Below are positions 1-9,259 of a stretch of 64,000 nt of DNA, one piece after another. The DNA comes from Alphaproteobacteria bacterium (GTDB lineage: Bacteria; Pseudomonadota; Alphaproteobacteria; CALKHQ01): NCBI GenBank assembly GCA_965227515.1, contig CBDDFZ010000001.1, positions 2,560,001 through 2,624,000 on the forward strand, read 5' to 3'. Numbering within the stretch: position 1 is the first letter of the stretch; the number at the start of each line of letters is the position of its first letter. Both the position numbers and the translations under genes were made by a program. A model generated the notes under the pieces. That model saw only the letters and a list, made by a program, of their open reading frames with translations. It ran no database searches and was not told the origin of the DNA.

Positions 1-94
1 GCTGGCGGTGATGGTGATCCTCGTCAACTTCCTGGTCGACCTGGCCTATGTCTGGCTCGATCCGCGCATTCGCCTGGTGCACCATGAGCATTGA
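1..94 (+). CDS. 3' end of peptide/nickel ABC transporter permease (DppB/OppB-like), partial
   Basis: Frame 2 reads LAVMVILVNFLVDLAYVWLDPRIR, the typical OppB/DppB C-terminus; TGA at 92-94 overlaps the next permease. Confidence 0.85.
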   Translation, partial: LAVMVILVNFLVDLAYVWLDPRIRLVHHEH

Positions 95-938
95 GGCCGC
101 CTGGCGCGCGGCCCGGCGCAACCCGAACCTGGCCATCGGCGCGGTGATCACGGCGATCGTGTCGCTGGCGGCGGTGATCTCGTTCTTCTGGACGCCCTAT
201 CCGGTCGACCCGCTGCCCGACATCGCCAACCGGTTCGCGGCACCGACATGGGCGCACCCGCTGGGCACCGACGTGCAGGGCCGCGACATGCTCTCGCGCC
301 TGATGGTCGGCGCCGGCAATGCGCTGGCGGTCGGCTTCGTGGCGGTCGGCATCGGCGTGGCCCTGGGTGTATCCCTTGGCCTCTATGCAGCCATGGCCGG
401 CGGCTGGGCGGAAGAGATCGTCATGCGGTCCGGCGACTTCATCTTCGCCTTCCCGATCCTGCTGTCGGCGATCATGATCACCGCCTGGCTCGGCCCCGGC
501 GCGATCAACTCCATCATCGCCATCGGCATCTTCAACATCCCGGTGTTCGCGCGGCTGACGCGGGGAGCGGCGAAGGCGACCAAGGAGCGCGAGTTCGTGC
601 GCGCCGCCCGCGCGCTGGGCCAGACGCCCAGCGTCATCGCCTTCGGACATGTGCTGCCGAATATCGCCGGGGTGCTGGTGGTGCAGGCGACGACCCAGTT
701 CGCCATCGCCATCGTCGCCGATGCCGCGCTCAGCTATCTCGGCCTCGGCATCCAGCCACCGGCGCCAAGCTGGGGCAAGATGCTGTTCGACGCCCAGACG
801 CTGACCCACATGGCGCCGATGCAGGCGATCTATCCCGGGCTTGCCATCGTGCTGACGGTGCTGGGGCTGAACCTGCTGGGCGATGGGCTGCGCGACATGA
901 TGGACAGCCGCCTGACCCGCCACCAGACGGGTGTGTGA
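84..938 (+). CDS. Peptide ABC transporter permease (DppC/OppC-like)
   Basis: HPLGTD..GRD motif, EAA-like loop (EFVRAARALG), HVLPN, LSYLGLG..PP.PSWG; ATG at 84 preferred as start. Confidence 0.92.
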   Translation: MSIEAAWRAARRNPNLAIGAVITAIVSLAAVISFFWTPYPVDPLPDIANRFAAPTWAHPLGTDVQGRDMLSRLMVGAGNALAVGFVAVGIGVALGVSLGLYAAMAGGWAEEIVMRSGDFIFAFPILLSAIMITAWLGPGAINSIIAIGIFNIPVFARLTRGAAKATKEREFVRAARALGQTPSVIAFGHVLPNIAGVLVVQATTQFAIAIVADAALSYLGLGIQPPAPSWGKMLFDAQTLTHMAPMQAIYPGLAIVLTVLGLNLLGDGLRDMMDSRLTRHQTGV

Positions 939-958
939 GGGGCAACCAATCCAGCACG

Positions 959-1073
959 CGTCATGCCCGGGCCGGCCCGATCGGTTACGAGCGGGCCGAG
1001 TCCCGGGTATCCACGTCTTTGCTGTGGCGGCCACCGTATGACGTGGATACCCGCAACAAGTGCGGGCATGACG
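959..1073. repeat. CGTC-tagged REP-like palindromic doublet (family A)
   Basis: cgtcatgcccg...atccacg...cgtggatacccgcaacaagtgcgggcatgacg; related copies at 8075, 15496 and 39504. Confidence 0.85.
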
Positions 1074-1130
1074 AGCTCGGTTGGTTGTTGGCTACATCAT
1101 TCAAGCGGTCGGCCGTCCGGCGCTGGCGCA

Positions 1131-1547
1131 TCAGGCCGGAACGTCTTCGCGCTTGGGCATGGTCGCGAACCCCGGCAGGGACGGGTCCATGTGGTCCCAC
1201 TTCGCCGCGCGGTCGGTGTAGACGATCATCCGGGGCTGGAAGACGTCGGGGTCGTCCAGGCTGGAGGCGCGCACGAAGATGCGCTCGCCGTACGCGGCAT
1301 TGGTCGAGTAGACCGGCGAGCCGCAGCGCGGGCAGAAGCCGCGCCGGACCATGTTGCCGCTGTCGGCGGCCTTCTCGAAGAACCTGACCTCGCCGGTGAC
1401 GCTGAAATCCTTGCCCTCGACGATCATGTGCGAGCAGTGGCCGGTGCCGCTCGACTTGCGGCAGTCGATGCAGTGGCAGTGGCCGCCGCCCTGTTCCGCC
1501 TTCACCTCATAACGTACGTCCCCGCACAGGCATCCACCGGTTATCAT
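1131..1547 (-). CDS. GFA (glutathione-dependent formaldehyde-activating/CENP-V) family protein
   Basis: GGCLCG, CHCIDCRK and FCPRCGS zinc-binding motifs. Confidence 0.92.
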   Translation of the reverse strand: MITGGCLCGDVRYEVKAEQGGGHCHCIDCRKSSGTGHCSHMIVEGKDFSVTGEVRFFEKAADSGNMVRRGFCPRCGSPVYSTNAAYGERIFVRASSLDDPDVFQPRMIVYTDRAAKWDHMDPSLPGFATMPKREDVPA

Positions 1548-1626
1548 GATCGCTGCTCCTCGATTAAGTTGCGAATTGCAAGCTAAATGGATAGATTGCG
1601 TTTCGCAAGTGAAATGTAAGGAACCG

Positions 1627-2046
1627 ATGACGGACGATACGCCACGCCGGTCCAACTGCCCGATCAGCTATGCGCTGGACATTTTCGGCGACCGCTGGAC
1701 GCTGCTGGTGCTGCGCGACCTGCTGCTGAAGGGCCGCCACCGGTTCAAGGAGATGCAGGGCGCGGAGGAGGGGATCGCCACCAACATCCTGTCCGACCGC
1801 TTGCGCCGGCTGGAGGCGCGCGGCCTGATCAGCCGCCACAAGGACCCGGAGGATCGGCGCCAGGTGTTGTATCGCCCCACCGAACTGGCGGTCGCACTGC
1901 TGCCGATGCTGCTGGAGATGGTGGTGTGGAGCGCACGCAACGATGGGCGCAGCGCCGTGCCGCCATCCTTCGTCGCGCGTTACGACGCGGACCGGGAGGC
2001 CGTGCTGGCCGAGCTGACCGCGGCCGCGCGACAGCTGGTAGGGTAG
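1627..2046 (+). CDS. HxlR-family winged-helix transcriptional regulator
   Basis: CPI..ALDIFGDRWTLLVLRDL...GIATNILSDRL; divergent from the GFA gene. Confidence 0.9.
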   Translation: MTDDTPRRSNCPISYALDIFGDRWTLLVLRDLLLKGRHRFKEMQGAEEGIATNILSDRLRRLEARGLISRHKDPEDRRQVLYRPTELAVALLPMLLEMVVWSARNDGRSAVPPSFVARYDADREAVLAELTAAARQLVG

Positions 2047-2122
2047 CTACTGCGAGGCGAACAGATCGTAGACGCCATAGGGTCCGGCCCTATGAGGTTC
2101 GCACATCTCACCAATACAGGAT

Positions 2123-2302
2123 CGTCATCCTCGCCCGTGTGGCGAGGATCCATTTATGATCGAAATATCAATGCTTTATAGGATTCAAGCTGGCCCCAGT
2201 GCAGGCAGTCGATTGGCACTGAACCGCGTAGGCTTCGAGCACACTTGGCTAATCTCCAGGACTTGCGCAGGAATGGGTCCTCGGCACAAGGCCGAGGACG
2301 AC
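2123..2302. repeat. ~180-bp REP doublet with internal IHF-like site (family B)
   Basis: Inverted arms cgtcatcctcg..cgaggatccattt / aatgggtcctcg..cgaggacgac; TATCAATGCTTTA at 2166-2178; homologues at 4645 and 12991. Confidence 0.8.
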
Positions 2303-2396
2303 AATGTTTTTCTTTTGACTGGGAACGAGCAATCAAGGCGCGAGGTTATTGAATGCCTTAGTCACAAGACCGAGGGCGTCAATCGACTGAAACGGC

Positions 2397-3458
2397 CTAC
2401 CCGATGGTGAACGTGGTGATCAGCCGCGGCGGCTCGCCATGGCGGATGCGCCCGCTGAACTGACGCTCCTCGCCATTCACCCGCACACGCACGCGATAAT
2501 CGGTCGGGTCCGGCGCGCCGTGGTTGGCGTAGTGGTCGACATAGACCTGGTAGGTGCCCGGCGGCAGGTTGGACGCCGGCCAGACGATGTTCTCCACCGG
2601 CTGGTTGCTCAGCCGGTTGGTCGACGCGTTCATGTCGATGTCCAGCCGCGACCCGCAGCCCTGCATGTCGGCGAAGTACACCCGCCGCCCGTTCGGGCAG
2701 ATGATGTGCAGGTCCAGGTCGTTGCGATTGTTCCAGATCAGCGTCACCAGCGAGTTGGCCTGCTGCCCGCCCTCGCGCTGGATGCGCTGGTCGAACTCCT
2801 GGCCCGACGGCGGCGGCGGGGTCGGCGCCGGCGGCTGCGGCGGATCGACCTGGGCGACCACAGGCGGCACCGGGTCCGGCACCACGACGGCCGGCGGCGG
2901 CGGGTCGGGCTGCGGCGGCGGCGGTGGCGGCGGCGGGTCGCGCTCCGGCATGATCGGCGGCGGATCGGCGAGCGCCACCTGCACCGGCGGGTCCGGCTCG
3001 GGCTCGGGTTCCGGCGGCGGCGGCTCCAGCGCCGGCGGTGGCGTCAGGTAGGAGAGTTGTGGCGGGTCGGGCGCCGGCGGCTCCTCCGGAATGCACTGCC
3101 GGCGCTCCTGCAGGGCGAGCCAGCGCAGCCGCGCGACCTCGTCCGTCAGCGCGATGGTGCGCGCCTGCTCGGCATCCAGCGCGACGCGGTGGAGCAGGCC
3201 GATATCCGGCTCGTCGACCACGTCTTCCGCGGTGCCGGCGGCATCCTCGGCCGCCAGCGCGGGATCCAGTTCGCCGGGTTCACCGGCCTCGGCGCCATCG
3301 TCGGCGGCGACTTCCATGTCCTTGCCGGTGATCAGCTCGGCCGCGTAGGGCCAGGCGAAGAAGGCGGCCACGCCCAGCACCGCCAGGCCGCTGGCGGCGG
3401 CTGACGCGAGAATCCAACGGCGGCGGCCGTCAGAGGCTGGCTGTTCGCCCTCGGTCAT
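2397..3458 (-). CDS. Membrane-anchored Pro-rich protein with C-terminal YfaP/DUF2135-like domain
   Basis: N-terminal RRR plus hydrophobic helix, long Pro-rich linker, W..NDLDLH..P.G...LDIDMN...ENIVW...GTYQV domain. Confidence 0.7.
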   Translation of the reverse strand: MTEGEQPASDGRRRWILASAAASGLAVLGVAAFFAWPYAAELITGKDMEVAADDGAEAGEPGELDPALAAEDAAGTAEDVVDEPDIGLLHRVALDAEQARTIALTDEVARLRWLALQERRQCIPEEPPAPDPPQLSYLTPPPALEPPPPEPEPEPDPPVQVALADPPPIMPERDPPPPPPPPQPDPPPPAVVVPDPVPPVVAQVDPPQPPAPTPPPPSGQEFDQRIQREGGQQANSLVTLIWNNRNDLDLHIICPNGRRVYFADMQGCGSRLDIDMNASTNRLSNQPVENIVWPASNLPPGTYQVYVDHYANHGAPDPTDYRVRVRVNGEERQFSGRIRHGEPPRLITTFTIG

Positions 3459-3697
3459 CGCTGTGTCAACGCTCTTTGGTCCATTGTCCGTTGCACTCGC
3501 GCACGCCATATGCGGCATGCACAGCGCAGCGTGTCCCCCGCTTATGTTTCCGGTGCACCGCCTCCCACGGCGAGCTGCTATCGCGCGTCGGCACCGGACG
3601 CGTCCATTGCTGGACCATGCGAAAATGCCGGCCAATTGGGGCAAGCCTGTGGCATTGTCTGCCCCTGTGAACGATTTCCCAAATGGAGGTAGGGGCG

Positions 3698-4600
3698 ATG
3701 AGCAAACCGAAGATCGGTTGGCTGGGGGTTGGCCTGATGGGCCACGGCGCGGCGGCGAACATCCTGGCCGCAGGCTACGACCTGATGGTCAAGGGCAACC
3801 GCAACCGCCAGCCGGTCGAGGACCTGGTCGAGCGCGGCGCGACCGAGGCATCGACCCCGGCGGAACTGGCCAGTGCGTGCGACATCGTCTTCACCTGCGT
3901 GCCGTCGACCCACCAGGTCGAGATGGTGGTCTATGGCGATGACGGCCTGTTGGCGGGCGCGCACAAGGGCCTGATCCACATCGACTGCACCACCGCCGAC
4001 CCGCATTCCACCGACGTCATCGCCAAGGCGTGGCTGGACCGCGACTGCGTGATGCTGGACTGCCCGTTCTCACGCACGCCGAAGGAGGCGGAGGAGGGCC
4101 GGCTGGTGATCATGGCCGGCGGCATGGAGCAGGACGTGGAGCGGGTGCGCCCGGTGCTCGACACCTTCACCGAAGAGATCATCTACTGCGGCCTGAACGG
4201 GTCGGGCCACCGCATGAAGCTGCTGCACAACATGGCCGCGCTCACCATCATCGCGGTCAATGCCGAGGCGTTGGCGACCGGCGCCAAGCTGGGCCTGGAC
4301 CTGAAGACCGTCCACAAGGTCTTCTCGACCGGCGGTGCCGCCAATGTGGTGCTGGAGCGGACCATGCCGTGGGTGCTGGAGGGCGACGACAGCGTGCACA
4401 AGGGCACGATCTGGGTCGGCGCCAAGGACCTGCGCGCCTACATGAACATGGCCGGTGCCGCCGATGCCCCGGGCAGCCTGTGCGCCGCGGCCCTGCAGCA
4501 CTACACGGCCGCCTGCGCGCAAGGCCATGCCGACCGCTTCATGCCGATCATGCCGCAGGTGGTGGCGCAGATGTTCGGCGGCCACATCCGGGATTTGTAG
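3698..4600 (+). CDS. NAD(P)-dependent beta-hydroxyacid dehydrogenase (3-hydroxyisobutyrate/tartronate semialdehyde reductase family)
   Basis: IGWLGVGLMG Rossmann motif, DCP(F)SR, GSGHRMKLLHN catalytic Lys motif. Confidence 0.88.
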   Translation: MSKPKIGWLGVGLMGHGAAANILAAGYDLMVKGNRNRQPVEDLVERGATEASTPAELASACDIVFTCVPSTHQVEMVVYGDDGLLAGAHKGLIHIDCTTADPHSTDVIAKAWLDRDCVMLDCPFSRTPKEAEEGRLVIMAGGMEQDVERVRPVLDTFTEEIIYCGLNGSGHRMKLLHNMAALTIIAVNAEALATGAKLGLDLKTVHKVFSTGGAANVVLERTMPWVLEGDDSVHKGTIWVGAKDLRAYMNMAGAADAPGSLCAAALQHYTAACAQGHADRFMPIMPQVVAQMFGGHIRDL

Positions 4601-4644
4601 GGGCGATTGCCCTCACCCTCCCGGCGTTGCCGTCACCAGCACTC

Positions 4645-4828
4645 CATCGTCGTCCTCGCCCTTGTGGCGAGGACCCATTTGCGTGCAGGGCTCAAGACGT
4701 GCCGGATTCGGTCTGTCGTTGTGGTGCCGGCCCCGTGGCGAAGCTGCCACCAACTCGGTGGTCCGCAGGTAAACTATTGAAATATTGGACATAAATGGAT
4801 CCTCGGGACAAGCCCGAGGATGACGATG
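4645..4828. repeat. ~180-bp REP doublet with internal IHF-like site (family B)
   Basis: catcgtcgtcctcgcccttgtggcgaggacccattt...aaatggatcctcgggacaagcccgaggatgacgatg; opposite orientation to the 2123 copy. Confidence 0.8.
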
Positions 4829-4844
4829 ATAGGAATGGCGCCAG

Positions 4845-5474
4845 CTAGCCCCGCTTCTCGAACGCCAGTCGGGTCCAGGTGACGCCCGCCTCTCGGTTGC
4901 CGGCCTGCACCGAGTCCCGCCGCTGGTGCAGGATCGGGCGCAGACCGCATGTCTGCGCCAACTCGCAGGTCTCGTCGGCGTCGACCGGGAACATATGCCG
5001 CGCCTCCGGCAGCGGGCCGTGGCGCAGCAGCATGATCGCAAGCCCCCGGTCGCGCAGCAGGCCGGCGATCACCGGCATCGCGCGGGCGCGCTCATCGGGC
5101 TCCAGGTGCATCCAGACCGCCGTCAGCATGGCGACGTCGAAGCCGCCCTTGCGCCCGGCCAGCATCGGCAGGTCGGGCAGCGCGTCGTCGATCCAGGTGA
5201 TCTCCGGCATCGGGTGCAGGCGGGCGGCGGCATCGCGCAGGGCGGCCGTCGGCTCCACCGCCACCACCCGGTGCCCGATGACAGTCAAATAGGCGGCATC
5301 CCGGCCCGATCCCGCGCCGATATCCAGGATGTCGGCAGGCGGCTGCGGCAACAGGTAGATGACGTCCGAATGCAGTTCCAGGAACGGGATGCGCTCGAAC
5401 TCGCGCACCAGTTTCTCGGCCGCTTCGGTGTAGCCTCGGGTGCCGGGGACCTGCTCAGCCATCCATCGCACCAT
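4845..5474 (-). CDS. Class I SAM-dependent methyltransferase
   Basis: ILDIGAGSGRDA motif I, AVEP, AVWMHL. Confidence 0.88.
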   Translation of the reverse strand: MVRWMAEQVPGTRGYTEAAEKLVREFERIPFLELHSDVIYLLPQPPADILDIGAGSGRDAAYLTVIGHRVVAVEPTAALRDAAARLHPMPEITWIDDALPDLPMLAGRKGGFDVAMLTAVWMHLEPDERARAMPVIAGLLRDRGLAIMLLRHGPLPEARHMFPVDADETCELAQTCGLRPILHQRRDSVQAGNREAGVTWTRLAFEKRG

Positions 5475-5527
5475 TCATGTCAATGTGCCGGCCGTCGCCA
5501 TGCAAAGGGCGCGACGGTTGCCCCAGG

Positions 5528-6484
5528 CTACACGTGTTGCTGCAGGAAATCAGCAATCCGCCGGCATTCGGTGTTGGCTGCGTCCAGTTCCCGCGTCCAG
5601 ATCATGAAGCCGTGCAGCACGCCGGGGATTTCGTTGAACGCGTGGGGCACGCCAGCGGCCGCCAGCTTTTCGGCCAGCCGCTCGGCATCGTCGCGCAGCG
5701 GGTCTAGGGCTGCGGCGTTGACGTAGCATGGCGGCAGGCCCGCATGCTCCGCCAGCAACGGCGAGGCGCGCGGGTCGTCCATCTCGCCGAGGTTGTTCAG
5801 ATAGTGGTTGCGGAACCACAGCATGAACTCGGTCGGCAACAGGTATTCCGCGCCGCCGAAACTCTTGTGCGATGAGCTGCGGTACTCGTCGTGGAAGGTG
5901 AAGGCGCCATAGATCAGCGCCAGCGCCTTCAGCGCATCGACCCCGGCGTCGCGCAGCGTCAGCGCGGTCGCCAGCGACAGGTTGCCGCCGGCCGAGTCGC
6001 CGCCGAGCGCCAGACGGGTGCCGTCCAGCCCCCATTGCGCCCCGTTGACCGCGATCCAGCGCACCGCGGCGACGCAGTCGTCCAGTGGGCAGGGGAAGCG
6101 GAACTCCGGCGCCATCCGGTAGTCGACGCTGGCCACCGCGAAACCGCTCTCCTCGGCCAGCCGCCGGCACAGCCGATCGTGGGTGTCGATGGAGCAGACC
6201 ACCCAGCCGCCGCCATGGATGAAGACCAGGGTCGGGGCGGGGCGCCGGTCGTCCGGGAAGTAGAGCCGCACCGGGATGTCGCCGTGCGGTCCGGGGCATG
6301 TCTCCATGCGCACGTCGTGCATTGCCGGCGGGTCTTCGTTCCAGCGCGCGTTCAGGCGCTCGACCCACTCGCGGCACTCCGGCACCGGATATTCGTAGAG
6401 CGGGCGGGGCGGCTCGCCACTCTCGATCATGCGCTTCAGGATGGTCTCCTGCTGCGGATCGAAGGTGACGTTCGCAATCGTCAT
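5528..6484 (-). CDS. Alpha/beta hydrolase, HSL-family (Aes-like) esterase
   Basis: HGGGW, GDSAGG, DPLRDD and HGF catalytic motifs; ATG overlaps the permease stop (ATGA). Confidence 0.92.
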   Translation of the reverse strand: MTIANVTFDPQQETILKRMIESGEPPRPLYEYPVPECREWVERLNARWNEDPPAMHDVRMETCPGPHGDIPVRLYFPDDRRPAPTLVFIHGGGWVVCSIDTHDRLCRRLAEESGFAVASVDYRMAPEFRFPCPLDDCVAAVRWIAVNGAQWGLDGTRLALGGDSAGGNLSLATALTLRDAGVDALKALALIYGAFTFHDEYRSSSHKSFGGAEYLLPTEFMLWFRNHYLNNLGEMDDPRASPLLAEHAGLPPCYVNAAALDPLRDDAERLAEKLAAAGVPHAFNEIPGVLHGFMIWTRELDAANTECRRIADFLQQHV

Positions 6485-7974
6485 GACTGTACCTTCTCGC
6501 CGCGCCCGTAGATCAGCAGCATCAGGATGATGACCGCGCCATAGATGATCTGACGCCCGGCCTCCGGCATCTGCATCACCGACAGCGCGCTTTCCAGCAG
6601 CACGATCAGGATCGCGCCGACCACGGTGCCGGCATAGCGCCCCTTGCCGCCCAGGATGTGGGTGCCGCCAAGCACCACCGCGGCGATGGAGGGCAGCAGG
6701 TACTCGTCGCCCATCGCCTGATAGGCGCGGCTGGAATAGCCGCTCAGCAGCAGGCCGGCGACGGCGGCGCACAGGCTGCACATCACGAAGGCGGCGATCA
6801 GGATCAGCCGGGTGTTGACGCCGGAGAGATAGGTCGCCGCCTCCCGGTTGCCGATGGCGTACATATAGCGGCCGAGCGTGGTGCGCTTCAGCACGAACAC
6901 GATGATCACCGAGACGATGACCCAGATCGCCACCGCGTGCGGAATGCCGATGGTGCGGTCGCGGCCCAGGAACAGCATCACGTCGGTGGCCGCCGTCTGC
7001 GGCGCGAAGCCACCGGTCAGCATGACCATCAGGCCGAGCAGCACGGTGTTGATGCCCAGCGTAAAGATCATCGACGGCACCCGCAGGTAGGCGACCCCGA
7101 TGCCGTTGATCAGGCCGACCGCGAGCCCCACGCCGAGGCCGACGAGTTCCGCCGACGCGCCGCCGACCGCCGTCGCCAGCATGCCCGCCGCCGCCAGCGT
7201 CCAGGGCACCGACAGGTCGATATGGCCGAGCAGGATCACCATCATCATGCCGGCCGCGGTGATGCCCAGGAACGAGGCGATCTGCATCTGCTGCAACAGG
7301 TAGGTCGGCCCCAGGAAGCTCGGCACGCCCTGTGTCGCCAGCATGTAGGCGGTGCCGACCAGCAGGATGATCAGGATGAACACGCAGGCGATGGTCATCG
7401 CCGGCTCCATCCGCACCGAGGCGAGCGCCATCACCAGGGTGGCGACGATGGCGACGAACACGTTGGGTTGCCAGAACTCCACCGCCGGGGCGGTGAAGCC
7501 TTCCTCGATGAAGGCAAGCGCCAGGAAGAAGGTGATCAGCGGCAGCACGCCAAAGAACTGCTTGCGCAGGATCGGCCAGCGCGCGCCGAAGGGCAGGCTG
7601 CCGATCAGCACCGCAATGGACAGCAGCAGCGAAACGATACCCAGCACCAGCGCGATGGCTGCCAGCCCGCCGGGCACGCCGGCCATCTCGTCCGGCGTGG
7701 TTTGCAGCACCACGCCGGCCCAGTCCGGCAGGTTTTCTGCCGGTATCTGGCGGATCAGGTCGAACAGGTCGGTGGTGCCGGCCAGCCCGAACACGAAGTA
7801 GCTGATGTCGGTGCCCGCCACACCAGCCAGCGGCAACACCAGGCAGACGATGGTGATCGCCGCCATCGCGGTCACGATGATGCGGCGCCACTTGTCGGAG
7901 ATCACAATCGCAGGCGCTTCGGCCGGGTCTTCGGTCACGGTCGGGTCGCCGTGGGTCATTGTCGTATCGGTCAC
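6481..7974 (-). CDS. Sugar ABC transporter permease (RbsC-like) with N-terminal membrane extension
   Basis: GHIDLSV, GRYMYAIGN, SIAAVVLGGT motifs; about 190 extra hydrophobic N-terminal residues. Confidence 0.88.
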   Translation of the reverse strand: MTDTTMTHGDPTVTEDPAEAPAIVISDKWRRIIVTAMAAITIVCLVLPLAGVAGTDISYFVFGLAGTTDLFDLIRQIPAENLPDWAGVVLQTTPDEMAGVPGGLAAIALVLGIVSLLLSIAVLIGSLPFGARWPILRKQFFGVLPLITFFLALAFIEEGFTAPAVEFWQPNVFVAIVATLVMALASVRMEPAMTIACVFILIILLVGTAYMLATQGVPSFLGPTYLLQQMQIASFLGITAAGMMMVILLGHIDLSVPWTLAAAGMLATAVGGASAELVGLGVGLAVGLINGIGVAYLRVPSMIFTLGINTVLLGLMVMLTGGFAPQTAATDVMLFLGRDRTIGIPHAVAIWVIVSVIIVFVLKRTTLGRYMYAIGNREAATYLSGVNTRLILIAAFVMCSLCAAVAGLLLSGYSSRAYQAMGDEYLLPSIAAVVLGGTHILGGKGRYAGTVVGAILIVLLESALSVMQMPEAGRQIIYGAVIILMLLIYGRGEKVQS

Positions 7975-8074
7975 GGCTGGGTGCCAACGTTGAGCTGTAA
8001 CGGAGTGGTGAGCCGCGGCGGCGTTGCCGGACGAAATTTCATCGGGAATGCAGGTGTCGTCATCCCCTCAGTCT

Positions 8075-8164
8075 CGTCATGCTCGGGCTTGTCCCGAGCA
8101 TCCACGTCTTGTTGGCCGCTTCGCGGCCATCTCGTGGATGCCCGCAACAAGTGCGGGCATGACG
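8075..8164. repeat. CGTC-tagged REP-like doublet (family A)
   Basis: cgtcatgctcgggcttgtcccgagcatccacg...cgtggatgcccgcaacaagtgcgggcatgacg. Confidence 0.88.
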
Positions 8165-8212
8165 GTGCATGGGAGGCTGTGACGCCAGTTATTCTGCGGA
8201 TCATTGCGTGCC

Positions 8213-9259
8213 CTAACTGAACAGCGATAGTCGGTTGCGCACGCGCAAGACGCGCGCTGCACCCAGGCTGACCGCCAGCACCAGGATGATGCCCTGGTAG
8301 AGCGATTCCTTGATCGGATCGGCCAGGAAACCGAACCAGCTGTCGTCCGGCACCACCCGGAAGATGAACGAGATCGACCTGAGCGCGAAGGCGCCGAAGA
8401 TGGTGCCGACCACGCCGCCGGAGCCGCCGAACAGCGACGTGCCACCGATGACCACGGCGGCGATGGAGTTCAGGGTGTAGGCGCCGGCCTGCGGCGCATC
8501 GGCATTGCCGGAGCCGATCTGCAAGGTCAGGTAGATACCGGCGCAGGCGGCGAAGAAGCCGCCCAAGGTGAACGCCGCGATCTTCGACCGGCCGACCCTG
8601 ACACCCGACATATACGCCGCCCCCTCGGCCGAGCCGATGGCGTAGCAGCCGCGGCCGATGACCGAGCGGCGGAACGGGATCCAGACCGCCAGCACCACCA
8701 CCGCCAGAATGATCAGCGGCATCGGCAGCAGGCCGAGCCAGCCGGCGTCTTCCCACCAGCCGTATGTGTAGCCCAGCTCGTTGATGTCGTTGGTCAGCGC
8801 CCACGACAGGTCGCCGTCGACGTCGCCGCCGGGCGTCGGCCGCACGAACAGCGCCACGCCGAGGAAGATCGCCCCGGTCGCGAGTGTCGCGATGATCGGC
8901 TGGATGCGCCCATAGACCACGATGCAGCCATTGAGGAACCCGCAGGCCGCGCCCAGGATCAGGCAGGCGATGACGCCCAGCACCATCATGATCGGGTCGC
9001 CGTTGAGAAGTTCCGACGCGATGCAGTTGATCATCGTCATCAGCGGGCCGACGGAAAGGTCCAGCCCGCCAAGCAGCACCGGCACCGTCTGCGCCATCGC
9101 CACGAACGCCAGTGGCACGGCTTCGTTGGCGGTCTGCAGCACCACGTTCATGCCGAACCGGGGATGCAGCCCGGCATAGATGCCGTAGAGCACGGCAAAG
9201 ATCGCAATGGCGATCAGCAGACCCAGGTTCTGCGTTATGAAGAGCCAAACCGTTCTCAT
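8213..9259 (-). CDS. Sugar ABC transporter permease (RbsC-like)
   Basis: GGLDLSVG, GRGCYAIGS, SIAAVVIGGTSL.GG. Confidence 0.92.
   Translation of the reverse strand: MRTVWLFITQNLGLLIAIAIFAVLYGIYAGLHPRFGMNVVLQTANEAVPLAFVAMAQTVPVLLGGLDLSVGPLMTMINCIASELLNGDPIMMVLGVIACLILGAACGFLNGCIVVYGRIQPIIATLATGAIFLGVALFVRPTPGGDVDGDLSWALTNDINELGYTYGWWEDAGWLGLLPMPLIILAVVVLAVWIPFRRSVIGRGCYAIGSAEGAAYMSGVRVGRSKIAAFTLGGFFAACAGIYLTLQIGSGNADAPQAGAYTLNSIAAVVIGGTSLFGGSGGVVGTIFGAFALRSISFIFRVVPDDSWFGFLADPIKESLYQGIILVLAVSLGAARVLRVRNRLSLFS

Noticed and set aside
5528-7987. 819-aa ORF suggesting a long N-terminally extended esterase
   Set aside because: The upstream part is an alternative frame of the ABC permease; the esterase starts at ATG 6484.
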